Shown: piece after piece, positions 34,596-44,581 of the stretch
How positions within the stretch are numbered: the stretch's first letter is position 1
Layout: each line of letters opens with the position of its first letter
DNA from: a virus
IMG/VR virus record: IMGVR_UViG_3300023235_000015
Span: 1-64,000 of that record
Length of the DNA: 64,000 nucleotides
Strand: one strand, 5' to 3'
Translations under genes and position numbers: made by a program
The notes under the pieces: generated by a model
What the model saw: only the letters and a program-made list of their open reading frames with translations
What the model was told of the DNA's origin: nothing
The model's database searches: none

Positions 34596-35026
34596 ATGTG
34601 GCGAAGGTTCACGCCGACGCTGTTATTCCATCCCTCGCGCATGATGGTGACGCGGGTTATGATCTATACTCAGTAGAGTCATTAGACATTTCACCCGGCG
34701 AAACTAGATTGGTTGATACAGGTCTTATATTAGAGATTCCGTATCCTTATGCTGGTTTTATTCTGCCGCGCTCAGGACTCGCAGTTAAAAAAGGCATTAC
34801 GATTCCTAACTCTCCCGGCCTGATTGATTCAGGATATCGTGGAGAGGTAAAAGTAGGGCTTCATAATAATCGTTACCACCAAAGATACAAAGTTAAAAAA
34901 GGTGACAGAATAGCTCAGATTGTATTTATGCCTGTTCATGCTTATTTTAAGTTCAAAGAAAAAACAAAAAAAGAACTAGAAAATACAGAAAGAAATATAG
35001 GAGGATTTGGCTCAAGTGGATATTGA
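34592..35026 (+). CDS. dut: dUTPase
   Basis: AGYDL, PRSGLA, GLIDSGYRGE, RIAQ and GGFGSSG motifs. Confidence 0.97.
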   Translation: MNVAKVHADAVIPSLAHDGDAGYDLYSVESLDISPGETRLVDTGLILEIPYPYAGFILPRSGLAVKKGITIPNSPGLIDSGYRGEVKVGLHNNRYHQRYKVKKGDRIAQIVFMPVHAYFKFKEKTKKELENTERNIGGFGSSGY

Positions 35027-35279
35027 CAATGAAGAATGTGGAAATTATGAACGTGACCCAACATATGAATATGATTTTATTTTATCTGGTCTTGATATAA
35101 AATTTATGCTTGAAGCTATAGATTTTACAGTACAAAATTCTGAGCCACATTATACTTTTCTTAAGTATGCTATAAACCTTACATCAGATATTTACACTCA
35201 GCTTGGTATTGATTTTCAGGATGAACGTGAAAGTTTACTTAATGAACTTGAAGAAATCGAAAAATCAGGAGAACTCTAA
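35007..35279 (+). CDS. hypothetical protein
   Basis: ORF in operon. Confidence 0.5.
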   Translation: MAQVDIDNEECGNYERDPTYEYDFILSGLDIKFMLEAIDFTVQNSEPHYTFLKYAINLTSDIYTQLGIDFQDERESLLNELEEIEKSGEL

Positions 35280-35281
35280 AA

Positions 35282-36529
35282 TTGGATTATGAATCTAGAT
35301 TACTAAGCAAAACAGTACAAAGTGGTGGTCTAGAGAATCTAATTGCTAGTGGCATTTCGCTAAGGCACTTTGAGAACCCACAGAATGAGGAACTTTGGAA
35401 TTATCTACTTAATCATGTAGATAAATATAAAACAGAACCCTCATACGAAGAAGTCAAAGATAGCTTCAAAGAGTATGAATTTGAAGTTGTAACAGATTCT
35501 TTTGACTATATAAAAGATAAGTTTATTGCTCAGTTAAAACGCCGTGAAGCAACAGCGGCACTATTTGATCTTGGCAACATTATAGATACAAATAATCATG
35601 AGCAGTTGATGCAAATTGATGAGCTATTTTTAGATCGCTCTAGGGACTTGGCGAATATTTTGCCAACAACTAAGGCTGCTAAATTTTCATCAATGAAAGA
35701 CCGCATCGCTCAATATAAGCGTGATCAAGAATTAGGAATTCAAAAAGGTATGCCGTTTGGTATACCTACGTTAGATTCTTATACGCTTGGATTGATGGAA
35801 TATGAATATGTGACAATTGCTGGACCAACAGGCTTTGGTAAAACTACTCTTGGATTGTGGTTTATGCTGAATCATTTCTTTGCTGGTCATACACCAATGA
35901 TTATTTCACTCGAAATGAGTGATGAAGAAATCTACAAGAAGCTTGATGGAATGGCCGCTGATCTCAAACAACATGCTATTCAGGCAATGACTCTTGGATT
36001 AGATGAAATGGGCCGATGGGAAGCTATGGCTGAAAAGATTGAAAATCTAGAGAATGACATTATTGTAATTGATGTTGATAATGCTACTCCTGAGAAAATC
36101 TATGCTGAAGCTTCAAGATGGAATCCTGACGTAATCATGGTTGACTACATTCAGTTGTTAGACGCGCCAAGGCATATTAAAGAAAGCTACAAACAGGTCG
36201 GACATATTTCTAAGCAGATGAAGCGTATTGCTCGTCAACTTAGAATTCCGGTCTATGGACTTTCACAGACTAACTCAGAATCATTTGCTGAAGGTGCAAA
36301 GTTAACTAACGTTTCAGAATCTAGAGCTATTGTACATAACTCAGATATTGTTTTAGGTTTACATCAAGATGAAGAAATGCAAGCCGTACAAAAACTAGAA
36401 CTTCGATTACTTAAAAATCGACGCGGTGTTGCTAAAAAAAATATATATATGCTTTGGGATCATGAAAACTCTGACTACAGAGAATGGAATCCAGAGATAG
36501 ATCAATTTAGGGAGTTGAATGACGAATAA
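35282..36529 (+). CDS. dnaB: DnaB-like replicative helicase
   Basis: GPTGFGKT, SLEMS, VDYIQL, LSQ and KNRRG motifs. Confidence 0.93.
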   Translation: MDYESRLLSKTVQSGGLENLIASGISLRHFENPQNEELWNYLLNHVDKYKTEPSYEEVKDSFKEYEFEVVTDSFDYIKDKFIAQLKRREATAALFDLGNIIDTNNHEQLMQIDELFLDRSRDLANILPTTKAAKFSSMKDRIAQYKRDQELGIQKGMPFGIPTLDSYTLGLMEYEYVTIAGPTGFGKTTLGLWFMLNHFFAGHTPMIISLEMSDEEIYKKLDGMAADLKQHAIQAMTLGLDEMGRWEAMAEKIENLENDIIVIDVDNATPEKIYAEASRWNPDVIMVDYIQLLDAPRHIKESYKQVGHISKQMKRIARQLRIPVYGLSQTNSESFAEGAKLTNVSESRAIVHNSDIVLGLHQDEEMQAVQKLELRLLKNRRGVAKKNIYMLWDHENSDYREWNPEIDQFRELNDE

Positions 36530-36782
36530 ACAATCGCCATTGGCGAAAGAATTATTAGCAACAGATGAACTATACAAATTTGCTAATGAATTTGGGCTTT
36601 CAATTGAGTTAGATAAATTATCTGAAACTGGCGGAGAACTTGTATACCGCGTAGCTGATAATAATAATCAAACAATTAAGCAAATAGTTATTAAAGAAAG
36701 CGACATTCAATATTTCCAAAATAATATTGAAGAATACGCTGGAACACTACTAAACAAAGTAAGTCAAATATATCCTAAATGA
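36519..36782 (+). CDS. hypothetical protein
   Basis: ORF between helicase and primase. Confidence 0.5.
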   Translation: MTNKQSPLAKELLATDELYKFANEFGLSIELDKLSETGGELVYRVADNNNQTIKQIVIKESDIQYFQNNIEEYAGTLLNKVSQIYPK

Positions 36783-37837
36783 ATGAAACTAAGTATGATA
36801 TCGTAGAGGCTCTTGAAGCCCTAGGCATTAAGCGAATTACTGTAAGAGGCGAGGAAGTAAATTTCTCTTGCCCGCAGGACTTCCATGCCAGAGGCGACCG
36901 GAATCCATCTGCATCCGTAAATAGTAAGAACTATACCTACCACTGTTTTAGTTGTGGCGCATCAGGAACGATCTACACGCTGATTGGCGACGTATTAGGG
37001 GTTTCCCCTGCCATTGCTATCAGATGGCTTAGAGAGCGTTTCTGGCTAGGTGAATCAGAGGACTACAAAACTGTATCGGTGGAGCAGCGCCTACGAAACA
37101 TGCTGAATAATAATGCTGAAGATGTAACAGAAAAACCAAAATGGCTTCTGGATAAATCTTTAGACGATTTTAAAGTTGACTGGTTTAGAGCTTATACAGC
37201 TTACATAGATGGGGAACTACCTGAAAAGCTAGCCCGTCCATTTGAATCGTATAATTTAACTCCGAAAACTTGCACTAGTTTTGAGTTAGGTTATGATAGG
37301 TCAACAAACCGTATCACAATCCCTAGAAGAAATTTCAAGGGACAATTAATTGAAGTCAAAGGTAGAAGCTCAGATAACGATGAGTTTCCAAAGTATCTTG
37401 GATTAGGTAATAAAGAGGGGGTAAGCGGCTACAAGTTCCCGCGACTGAAAGACACTTCTTTGGTCTACGGCCTTGACACAGCCTCCACCGATTTGATACT
37501 CTGTGAGGGTGAGTTCGTTTGCCAATATATGAGGCAATTAGGATTCACTGGATCAGTAGCAATAGGTACAAGCAAAATTTCAGAAAAACAACTTAAGAGT
37601 ATTCTTAAAAAGGCTGAACGAGCTACTATCCTATTTGATCCAGACGATGCTGGTTACGAAGGCGCATCACAAGCAATAGATTTGCTTTACGGGAATATAC
37701 CTGTTACTATTGCTTTACTACCTTCTCCTGACCCTGACCAATTTTCTAAGTCAGAAATGGAAGGTATAATAAAGAACGCAAAGAACCCCTTAGAGTTCAA
37801 AAAGTTTTATAAAGAATACAAAGAAAACAGGAGTTGA
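36779..37837 (+). CDS. dnaG: DNA primase (CHC2 zinc finger + TOPRIM)
   Basis: CP..FH...D.NPS...HCFSCG, KGR, PKY, CEG and FDPDDAG motifs. Confidence 0.9.
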   Translation: MNETKYDIVEALEALGIKRITVRGEEVNFSCPQDFHARGDRNPSASVNSKNYTYHCFSCGASGTIYTLIGDVLGVSPAIAIRWLRERFWLGESEDYKTVSVEQRLRNMLNNNAEDVTEKPKWLLDKSLDDFKVDWFRAYTAYIDGELPEKLARPFESYNLTPKTCTSFELGYDRSTNRITIPRRNFKGQLIEVKGRSSDNDEFPKYLGLGNKEGVSGYKFPRLKDTSLVYGLDTASTDLILCEGEFVCQYMRQLGFTGSVAIGTSKISEKQLKSILKKAERATILFDPDDAGYEGASQAIDLLYGNIPVTIALLPSPDPDQFSKSEMEGIIKNAKNPLEFKKFYKEYKENRS

Positions 37838-37842
37838 ATTAA

Positions 37843-38559
37843 ATGCCGCGAGGATTAAGTGTAGTTGAAAAGTTTGGAAAGAGAAGTGCTGGTGGAGCAG
37901 GCCCGCTTCGATTGAGATTGAAAGAAGGAGAAACTGCCACAGTTCGTTTCTTAGAACAAGGTGATGAACTATTCTATTATTACTACCACGACTTCTCTCA
38001 CCTAGATAAGCAGAATGGATTTAAGTTCAGCTTTCCTTGTCTAGATCAAGATGATGAAGGTAAGCCTAGCCCCGGTGCTGAACAGGAGTTTCCACGTAAG
38101 TTCCGTACATCTGTAAATGTAATTTGGCGCGATGCACCAAAATACGAGCGCGATTCAGATAACAAGATCGTAACAGGATCAGACGGCAAGTGGAAGCAGA
38201 TTGACACCGAGGATCAGGTTGCAGTTTGGGAAGGTGGACAGAACGTATTCAAAATGCTAGCAGAGAAGGATCGCAAGTATAAGGGCATTGGAAGCCTAGA
38301 GCTTGAAATCGGACGCTCAGGGACCGGGTTTGATACTCGTTACACAATTGAGCCTGCTGACTTTGATGCTGGTAAGACACCGCTTAGCAAGGAAGATAAG
38401 AAGCTATCTGAAGGTAAGTACAACCTAGATAAGATTGCGCGTCTAGATATGACTTATGAAGAAGTTACTGATCTAATTGACAAGCAGCTAGGAGCTAATG
38501 AGACTGAAGATGATTCAGACGTTAACGATTTCCTAGACGATGATCCGTTCAAAGAGTAG
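37843..38559 (+). CDS. single-stranded DNA-binding protein (gp32-like)
   Basis: GETATVRFL, R.GTGFDT.Y and an acidic tail DFLDDDPF. Lies between primase and polymerase. Confidence 0.75.
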   Translation: MPRGLSVVEKFGKRSAGGAGPLRLRLKEGETATVRFLEQGDELFYYYYHDFSHLDKQNGFKFSFPCLDQDDEGKPSPGAEQEFPRKFRTSVNVIWRDAPKYERDSDNKIVTGSDGKWKQIDTEDQVAVWEGGQNVFKMLAEKDRKYKGIGSLELEIGRSGTGFDTRYTIEPADFDAGKTPLSKEDKKLSEGKYNLDKIARLDMTYEEVTDLIDKQLGANETEDDSDVNDFLDDDPFKE

Positions 38560-38654
38560 TAGAAATTAATTAGAGTGTAGGTAGTCTCTATAATGGTAGA
38601 GAACTAAGTCACGCAACCAAAGCGTAGCCTACATTATATAGAAAGGTATTACAG

Positions 38655-40019
38655 ATGTGCGACTATTGTAATCTACACGCTCACAGCGATAACAGTTTGC
38701 TGGATGGGGCAGTCACAACTATGGAAAGAGCTAGGCTTACACAAGAGCTAGGTCAGACCTCATTAAGTATTTCCGATCATGGAACCCTTATGGGCGTACC
38801 AGATCATATTGAATCTTGTAAAGAATATGGGCTTAAGCCTCATGTTGGAATTGAAGCTTACTTTAAACCTGATCGTCTTAAGCAAGACAAGCATAATAAA
38901 AAGTCATTCCATCTGTTGCTAACCGCACAGAATGAAGATGGCTGGAAAAATCTAATTAAGCTCTCTAGCGAAGCTTATCAATCTGGTTTCTACTACAAGC
39001 CTAACATGGATTACTCTCTGTTAAAAAAACACTCAGAGGGAGTCATTGCTTCTTCTGGCTGTATTTCAGGATACCTGCCGCGCCTAATTTTGAATGGTGC
39101 GCCGCAACATGAAATTGATGAATGTATTCAAAAGCACCTAGAAATTTTTGGCGACAATTACTACTTTGAAATTATGCCACATGATTTAAATGAGCAGCGA
39201 GTAGTCAATCAACATCTAGTAAAGTATTCATTAGACTACAATATACCTTTAGTTGCTACTAATGATTCTCACTATGGCAATAACGATGATGCGTCTACTC
39301 AAGACGTTCTGCTAATGATTGCTACTGGTCAATCTAGAAATCAGCGTGAAACTAAAAAGGAAGCTGGCGAAGAAGTGTACGAAATGGGTGAGGCTGACAC
39401 GCTTCATATGATGAGTATGGATCAAATGAAGGATAAGTTTGCCACATACCATTATGATATTCCAGAAAACGTTATACATAAATCTTTACTAGAGTCAGGT
39501 AAAATTTCTGAGAAGATTGAAGAATTTGAACTAAGTAAAAAGATCAAGATACCTAAGCTTTACAACACTAAAGATAAAGCTAAGAAGCAGCTTGAAAAAT
39601 GGTGCCGTGAAGGTATGGACAGAATTGGTAAGACAGGCGTACAGGAGTATGAAGATCGCCTATCATACGAGCTACAAGTTATTTACGATATGGAGATTGA
39701 AGATTACTTTATCCTAGCCGCTAACACGGTGCGTTGGGCTAGAGATAGCGGCATTAGAATATCTAGTGGTCGTGGTTCTGCCGCAGCGTCTATTGTATGT
39801 TACTTAAGTAAAATTACGATGATTGATCCCATTACACATAAGTTCAAGTTTGCTAGATTCCTAAATAAGAACAGAAGTGGGAAGCCAGAATTACAATTTC
39901 CTACTATTGAGTCTGATAATTATAGCGGCTTGACGGAAACCGAGCTTTTTGATATTATTGAATACAATGGAAAAAGCAATGCCGGAATCCAAAATAACCA
40001 AAGTATGCCCAGTATGTAA
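38655..40019 (+). CDS. dnaE: DNA polymerase III alpha, N-terminal (PHP) fragment
   Basis: LHAHSDNSLLDG, SDHG, TNDSHY, GRGSAAAS and FARFLNKNR, then a divergent tail and stop. Confidence 0.92.
   Translation: MCDYCNLHAHSDNSLLDGAVTTMERARLTQELGQTSLSISDHGTLMGVPDHIESCKEYGLKPHVGIEAYFKPDRLKQDKHNKKSFHLLLTAQNEDGWKNLIKLSSEAYQSGFYYKPNMDYSLLKKHSEGVIASSGCISGYLPRLILNGAPQHEIDECIQKHLEIFGDNYYFEIMPHDLNEQRVVNQHLVKYSLDYNIPLVATNDSHYGNNDDASTQDVLLMIATGQSRNQRETKKEAGEEVYEMGEADTLHMMSMDQMKDKFATYHYDIPENVIHKSLLESGKISEKIEEFELSKKIKIPKLYNTKDKAKKQLEKWCREGMDRIGKTGVQEYEDRLSYELQVIYDMEIEDYFILAANTVRWARDSGIRISSGRGSAAASIVCYLSKITMIDPITHKFKFARFLNKNRSGKPELQFPTIESDNYSGLTETELFDIIEYNGKSNAGIQNNQSMPSM
39930..39958 (+). promoter_or_regulatory. 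promoter inside the dnaE-N 3' end, driving HNH/dnaE-C
   Basis: TTGACG-N17-TATTAT with TG extension, ATG 8 nt downstream. Confidence 0.6.
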
Positions 40020-40620
40020 TAAAGCATTTATTTCATATAAGTGTAAGAATCAGCATGTATGTTCTAAAAATTGTCGGCATAAAGCACATTCTACTAAAAT
40101 GAAGCAATATGAAAATAAAAGTTGCGCCTTTTGTAAAAAAAAATTTTATGCGAAGAATGGTAATCAAAGTCAAAGATTTTGTTCGTTAGAATGTTTTCAT
40201 AATTCTACTAAAGTAAAATGTTTAGTGTGTAAAAAGCCAATATTAAAGAAACTAAAAACTTGTTCTCGTAAATGTATGGCAATTCGCTACAAAGAATTGC
40301 TAAAGGGTGAGAACAATCCTAATTGGAAAGGCGGATTTTTTAGCAGAGAAAACTCATTAGTATCAGCTAAACTTAGAAAAGAAGTTTTAACCAGAGATAA
40401 CAATAAATGTCAGGAATGCGGAGTAACAGATTGGAACGAAAAACCCAGCCTATTACATACGCATCATATAATAGAATTTACAGATGGCGGCGCAACAGAA
40501 TTATCTAATCTCATAATTCTTTGTTTTGTGTGTCATTGGGAAAGGAAGCATGGATATACGTTGGGTAAAAATATGCAAGAAATCGCATCCAGAACGGGTT
40601 GCGGAGATTACAGAAGATAA
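39967..40620 (+). CDS. HNH homing endonuclease with zinc-finger repeats
   Basis: CxxC...CSxxC repeats, ENNPNWKGG, RDNNKCQECG...HHII...GG....NLIILCFVCH. Confidence 0.92.
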   Translation: MEKAMPESKITKVCPVCNKAFISYKCKNQHVCSKNCRHKAHSTKMKQYENKSCAFCKKKFYAKNGNQSQRFCSLECFHNSTKVKCLVCKKPILKKLKTCSRKCMAIRYKELLKGENNPNWKGGFFSRENSLVSAKLRKEVLTRDNNKCQECGVTDWNEKPSLLHTHHIIEFTDGGATELSNLIILCFVCHWERKHGYTLGKNMQEIASRTGCGDYRR

Positions 40621-42703
40621 GCTAACCGAAGAAATAGTTAGTATACCTGATAAGTATACTAAAAAGCTACAGCTTTGTTTGCTAAATAAAGAAAAGATAG
40701 ATAACTTAACAAATAGCAGCTTACTGTATTGTTTAGGAATAACTAATGACAAGCCAACTGGCGATATTAAACGTGTTGGTGGGTCTATGCCCGACATTGA
40801 CCTTGACTTTGATCCTGAACGTATTCCAGAAGTTATTGCGTATTTAGAAAAGCTTCTAGGTAAAGATCACGTATGTCACATTTCAGCGGTTGGTACTTAC
40901 AAACCTAAGTCTGCTATTAAAGACGTAGCGCGAGTTCTAAATGTACCTTTTGCTGAAGTCAACGCCGTAACTAAAATGATTCCTGATCCTCCCGATCAGC
41001 CGCCGCTAGATATTCTTTACAGAGACTATCAAGAGGTAGCAGATTTCTTAGATGCTTGGCCCGAAGTAAAGAAACACGCATTCAAAATTGAGGGAATGAA
41101 AAAGCAATTATCTAGACACGCCGCTGGTATTCTAGTGTCGCCGTTCCCAATTACAGATGAAATGCCAATTATTAGAGGCAAGGAATCTATGGTAACAGGC
41201 TTTACTGATACCGCTGGTGCTGAGTGGGTAACTGGTCTAGGATGGATGAAGCTTGATATTCTTTCTATTGACGGGCTAACTAAACAAGGCAAAGTAATTG
41301 AATCTGTTTACAGGCGCACAGGCAAAAAAATTAATCTTGATGAGCTTTCTGTAGCTACTGATCCAGATTCCGCCGATCCTAAAGTGCTAGAGATTTTATC
41401 ATCTGGTAGGAATGAAGGCATTTGGCAGTTTCGGTCTAAGGGTGCGTCCAATTTCATTAAAGATATTGGGCCAACGTCATTCTACGATATCGCCGTAGCT
41501 AATGCTCTATACAGACCGGGTGCGCTAGATGGTGGTGACGCTTTTAAGTATGCTGCTTGTAAGCATGGCAAAGATGTTCCTACTTATTGGCATCCATCAG
41601 TAAAACCGTTCCTAGAATCAACTTATGGAATTGTAGCATTTCAGGAACAGCTAATGGAAATCGCTGAAGAACTTGGCGGATACACACCAGAAGATGCTGA
41701 TGATTTACGTAAGATTGTATCTAAGTTATATAGGATTGGCAAGGCACAGGCATCTAAGATCATGAACGAGAACAAGCCTAAGTTCGTTAACGGCTGCAAG
41801 AGCAATGGGCTAACTGAGAGCGAAGCTGAGCTAGTTTGGGAACGCTTTCTAGCATTTAGTGGTTACGGATTCAATTACATTCACGCGGCCTCATATGGAT
41901 TTACCGCCTATCAAGATGCCTACTTAAAAGCTTACTACCCTATGGATTTCTACGCTGCTGAATTAAGCGGCTCTGACGAGGTAGCCAGTATTGTAAGAGA
42001 GGCAAGATTCTCAGATATTATTGTTAGTCCTCCCGATATTAACAGGTCAGAAAAAGAATTTACTATTGATGAAGAAGAACAAAAAATTCTCTATGGTTTG
42101 CGAGCAGTAAAGTATATTGGTAGCGAGGCAGTAAAAACAATTGTTAACACTCGTAAAAATGATCCTTACATTGACATACATAATTTTCGTAATAGAGTAG
42201 CCCCAAAGAAGGTAAACAAAAGAGGTCTAGACTATTTGGTAAAAGCTGGTGCATTTGATAGCGTTGGTGAAAGAGCGCAGCTTGATAAGCTACAGAAAAG
42301 AGCATTAGAAGCTGAGGCAATTGGAGTCGAGCTTACTGGATCACAAGACGCTCTAAAATATTCCGGCATTCTAGAATCAAGAATAAAGACAGAAAAGCAA
42401 GTAGAGAGCGCCGCAGATGGTAGCGGTCTAACGGTTGGCGGTGAAATTACAGCAGTAAAGCAAATTGAAATTAAGCGAGGAAAGTTTAAGGGAAAGCCTA
42501 TGGCATTCGTTGATATTTCTCACAAGGCAGATAGCTACTCATGTACTGTATTTACTGACAAATTTTACAAGTATCAGGACTTGCTTTCTGAGGGCAATAT
42601 TGTTATTGTTAGAGGTAGAAAGAGTGATCGAGGCGGATTACTACTAGACACTATGGCTAGGCTTGAAGATTTAGCAAAAGCATTGGAGAAAAATAATGAA
42701 TGA
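40550..42703 (+). CDS. dnaE: DNA polymerase III alpha, C-terminal catalytic fragment
   Basis: SMPDIDLDF, HAAG, MKLDILS, YRPG, FQEQ, YGFN..HA, PDINRS and an OB fold. Start inferred from SD AGGA. Confidence 0.9.
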   Translation: MDIRWVKICKKSHPERVAEITEDKLTEEIVSIPDKYTKKLQLCLLNKEKIDNLTNSSLLYCLGITNDKPTGDIKRVGGSMPDIDLDFDPERIPEVIAYLEKLLGKDHVCHISAVGTYKPKSAIKDVARVLNVPFAEVNAVTKMIPDPPDQPPLDILYRDYQEVADFLDAWPEVKKHAFKIEGMKKQLSRHAAGILVSPFPITDEMPIIRGKESMVTGFTDTAGAEWVTGLGWMKLDILSIDGLTKQGKVIESVYRRTGKKINLDELSVATDPDSADPKVLEILSSGRNEGIWQFRSKGASNFIKDIGPTSFYDIAVANALYRPGALDGGDAFKYAACKHGKDVPTYWHPSVKPFLESTYGIVAFQEQLMEIAEELGGYTPEDADDLRKIVSKLYRIGKAQASKIMNENKPKFVNGCKSNGLTESEAELVWERFLAFSGYGFNYIHAASYGFTAYQDAYLKAYYPMDFYAAELSGSDEVASIVREARFSDIIVSPPDINRSEKEFTIDEEEQKILYGLRAVKYIGSEAVKTIVNTRKNDPYIDIHNFRNRVAPKKVNKRGLDYLVKAGAFDSVGERAQLDKLQKRALEAEAIGVELTGSQDALKYSGILESRIKTEKQVESAADGSGLTVGGEITAVKQIEIKRGKFKGKPMAFVDISHKADSYSCTVFTDKFYKYQDLLSEGNIVIVRGRKSDRGGLLLDTMARLEDLAKALEKNNE

Positions 42704-42844
42704 AAAAGATAGTTTTAAACAAGACATTGAAGTAGTAGTACAAGAAGGTTTTGAACTAGGATTATCTCCAACTGAAATAGACAAAATGGTTCAAGAAGTT
42801 ATTGCTTGGGCAACAATTCAATTTACAAAAGAAGATAGTTTTGA

Positions 42845-43303
42845 ATGAAAGCATTTGATATACATAACACACCAGATACATTTGACGCTTTTATTATAAG
42901 TGTAAAAAAGCTAATAGAAGAAACTGAAGTAGAAGTAGACGACTGGTATCCAGATGCTTTATTTACCGTAGATGAATATGATTTAGGAAGAATAATTGAT
43001 ATTGACGAAGAAGTAGCAGAACTAGAAATTCCTCATCAAGCAATACTAGAAACTAAATGTGTACAGCACATTATGAAAGACAAAGTAAAATGGTACGCGC
43101 ACGTATCAGTTGTAGGTGACGATGATGGAAAAAAATATTTAGTTTTAGTTATTGGCAGTTTTACCCAAACGGGAATGTGGATATCAGAAATTATTCAGCA
43201 CGAAGGTTATGAATATGTAAAACAATGGGATGGGTTAGCACCATCAGAACATTTTCCAAAAATAGTAATACCACTTAGACGAGCAATAGTTAATAGAGGA
43301 TAA
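42845..43303 (+). CDS. hypothetical protein
   Basis: ORF in operon. Confidence 0.55.
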   Translation: MKAFDIHNTPDTFDAFIISVKKLIEETEVEVDDWYPDALFTVDEYDLGRIIDIDEEVAELEIPHQAILETKCVQHIMKDKVKWYAHVSVVGDDDGKKYLVLVIGSFTQTGMWISEIIQHEGYEYVKQWDGLAPSEHFPKIVIPLRRAIVNRG

Positions 43304-43309
43304 AAAATA

Positions 43310-44419
43310 ATGGCAGTTGATACAAGCAAGATAGCAGAGATTGTAAAGGCAGTAGAAAAAGAATATGGTAAGAACGTAATTCACAAGAGTACAGATTTTG
43401 AGCGCATTATGCGTATCCCATTTGACTCTATTGAAATGAACGTGATTACTGGTGGCGGCGTACCTATTGGTCGCTGGTCTAGATTTTGGGGCGGCGAGAG
43501 TTCGGGCAAAACTACTCATGCTCTAAAGACTATTGCTAACGCTCAGAAGATTCATATTATTGGCGAACAGATGATGGACTGTAACTTTGAGCCTGTGCAA
43601 CGTGAAGGTGAAAGACTAGTCAAGGCTTTCCCTAATGGAATGGAATGTGCCTACTACAACATCGAGCAATCATTTGATAGGATTCACGCCGAAGCATTAG
43701 GCGTAGATACTGAGAGACTATGGCTAGTTGACGGTAACGAGCTAGAGGCAGTAGGAGAAATTCTACACGCTGGTCTAGAAGGTTTTCATCTTCATGTAAT
43801 TGACTCAGTAAACGAAGCTGTGCCAATGGATGCAGCAGCATCAGATATTTCTGATTGGCAGAGAGCTTTGAATTCAAGAGTATGGAGCAAGGTACTTGAT
43901 AAGGCAGAAAGCGCAGTTGGAGAAGGTGAAAACGCCGTAATTTTGATTGACCAAGTTCGTCAAGATATGTTTACAGGCGGTGAGAAAATGTCAGGCGGAA
44001 GGCGCTTAGGACACGTATCATCAATGACTATTCATTTCAAACATGGCAGGGAACAATATTTTAATAATTCTGGTGCGCTAAAACCTGAAAAACCAAAAGT
44101 AGGAGATAACTTCTCAGGAGAGGCTGACGCTGACGCTTATCTACTTCACGCGCACGTTCGTAAGAGCCGTGTAGGCACAGCGCAGCGCAAAGCTAACATC
44201 TTCTATGAGTATGAGAAACGTGGCGTAGACAGGCTACAGGAGCTAGCAAAGGCATCCTACTGGCTAGGGTTCACACAGAAGTCAGGCTCATGGTTTACGT
44301 TACCCGACGAATCAAGTGTACAAGGCATTGGTAAGCTAATGGAGTACATTGATTCAGATGTAAATATTCAAAAACAAATTCAAGATAAAATTTACCAATA
44401 CTACTATGAGCATCCTTAG
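43310..44419 (+). CDS. recA: RecA/UvsX-like recombinase
   Basis: GGGVPIGR, GGESSGKTT, VIDSV, IDQVR, SGGRRL and KSGSWF motifs. Confidence 0.93.
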   Translation: MAVDTSKIAEIVKAVEKEYGKNVIHKSTDFERIMRIPFDSIEMNVITGGGVPIGRWSRFWGGESSGKTTHALKTIANAQKIHIIGEQMMDCNFEPVQREGERLVKAFPNGMECAYYNIEQSFDRIHAEALGVDTERLWLVDGNELEAVGEILHAGLEGFHLHVIDSVNEAVPMDAAASDISDWQRALNSRVWSKVLDKAESAVGEGENAVILIDQVRQDMFTGGEKMSGGRRLGHVSSMTIHFKHGREQYFNNSGALKPEKPKVGDNFSGEADADAYLLHAHVRKSRVGTAQRKANIFYEYEKRGVDRLQELAKASYWLGFTQKSGSWFTLPDESSVQGIGKLMEYIDSDVNIQKQIQDKIYQYYYEHP

Positions 44420-44581
44420 AAAGAACTATGACTGTAGAAATAGAACTAAAAAACGATACAAAAAGTAGATATATTTATGATGTAAAACATGAGCAAAAGC
44501 ACGACGGTTTTTACATAATTCAAAGTAAAAAAGATAAATATTTTTTTGCTATTGATCAAATAAAATCAGTTAGGATTATCA

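Noticed and set aside
39860-40800. Group I intron or split intein explaining the dnaE break
   Set aside because: No non-coding room for an intron core, since the ORFs overlap on both sides. No Cys/Ser1 Hint start or HN|C/S end. Only RT-PCR can exclude splicing completely.
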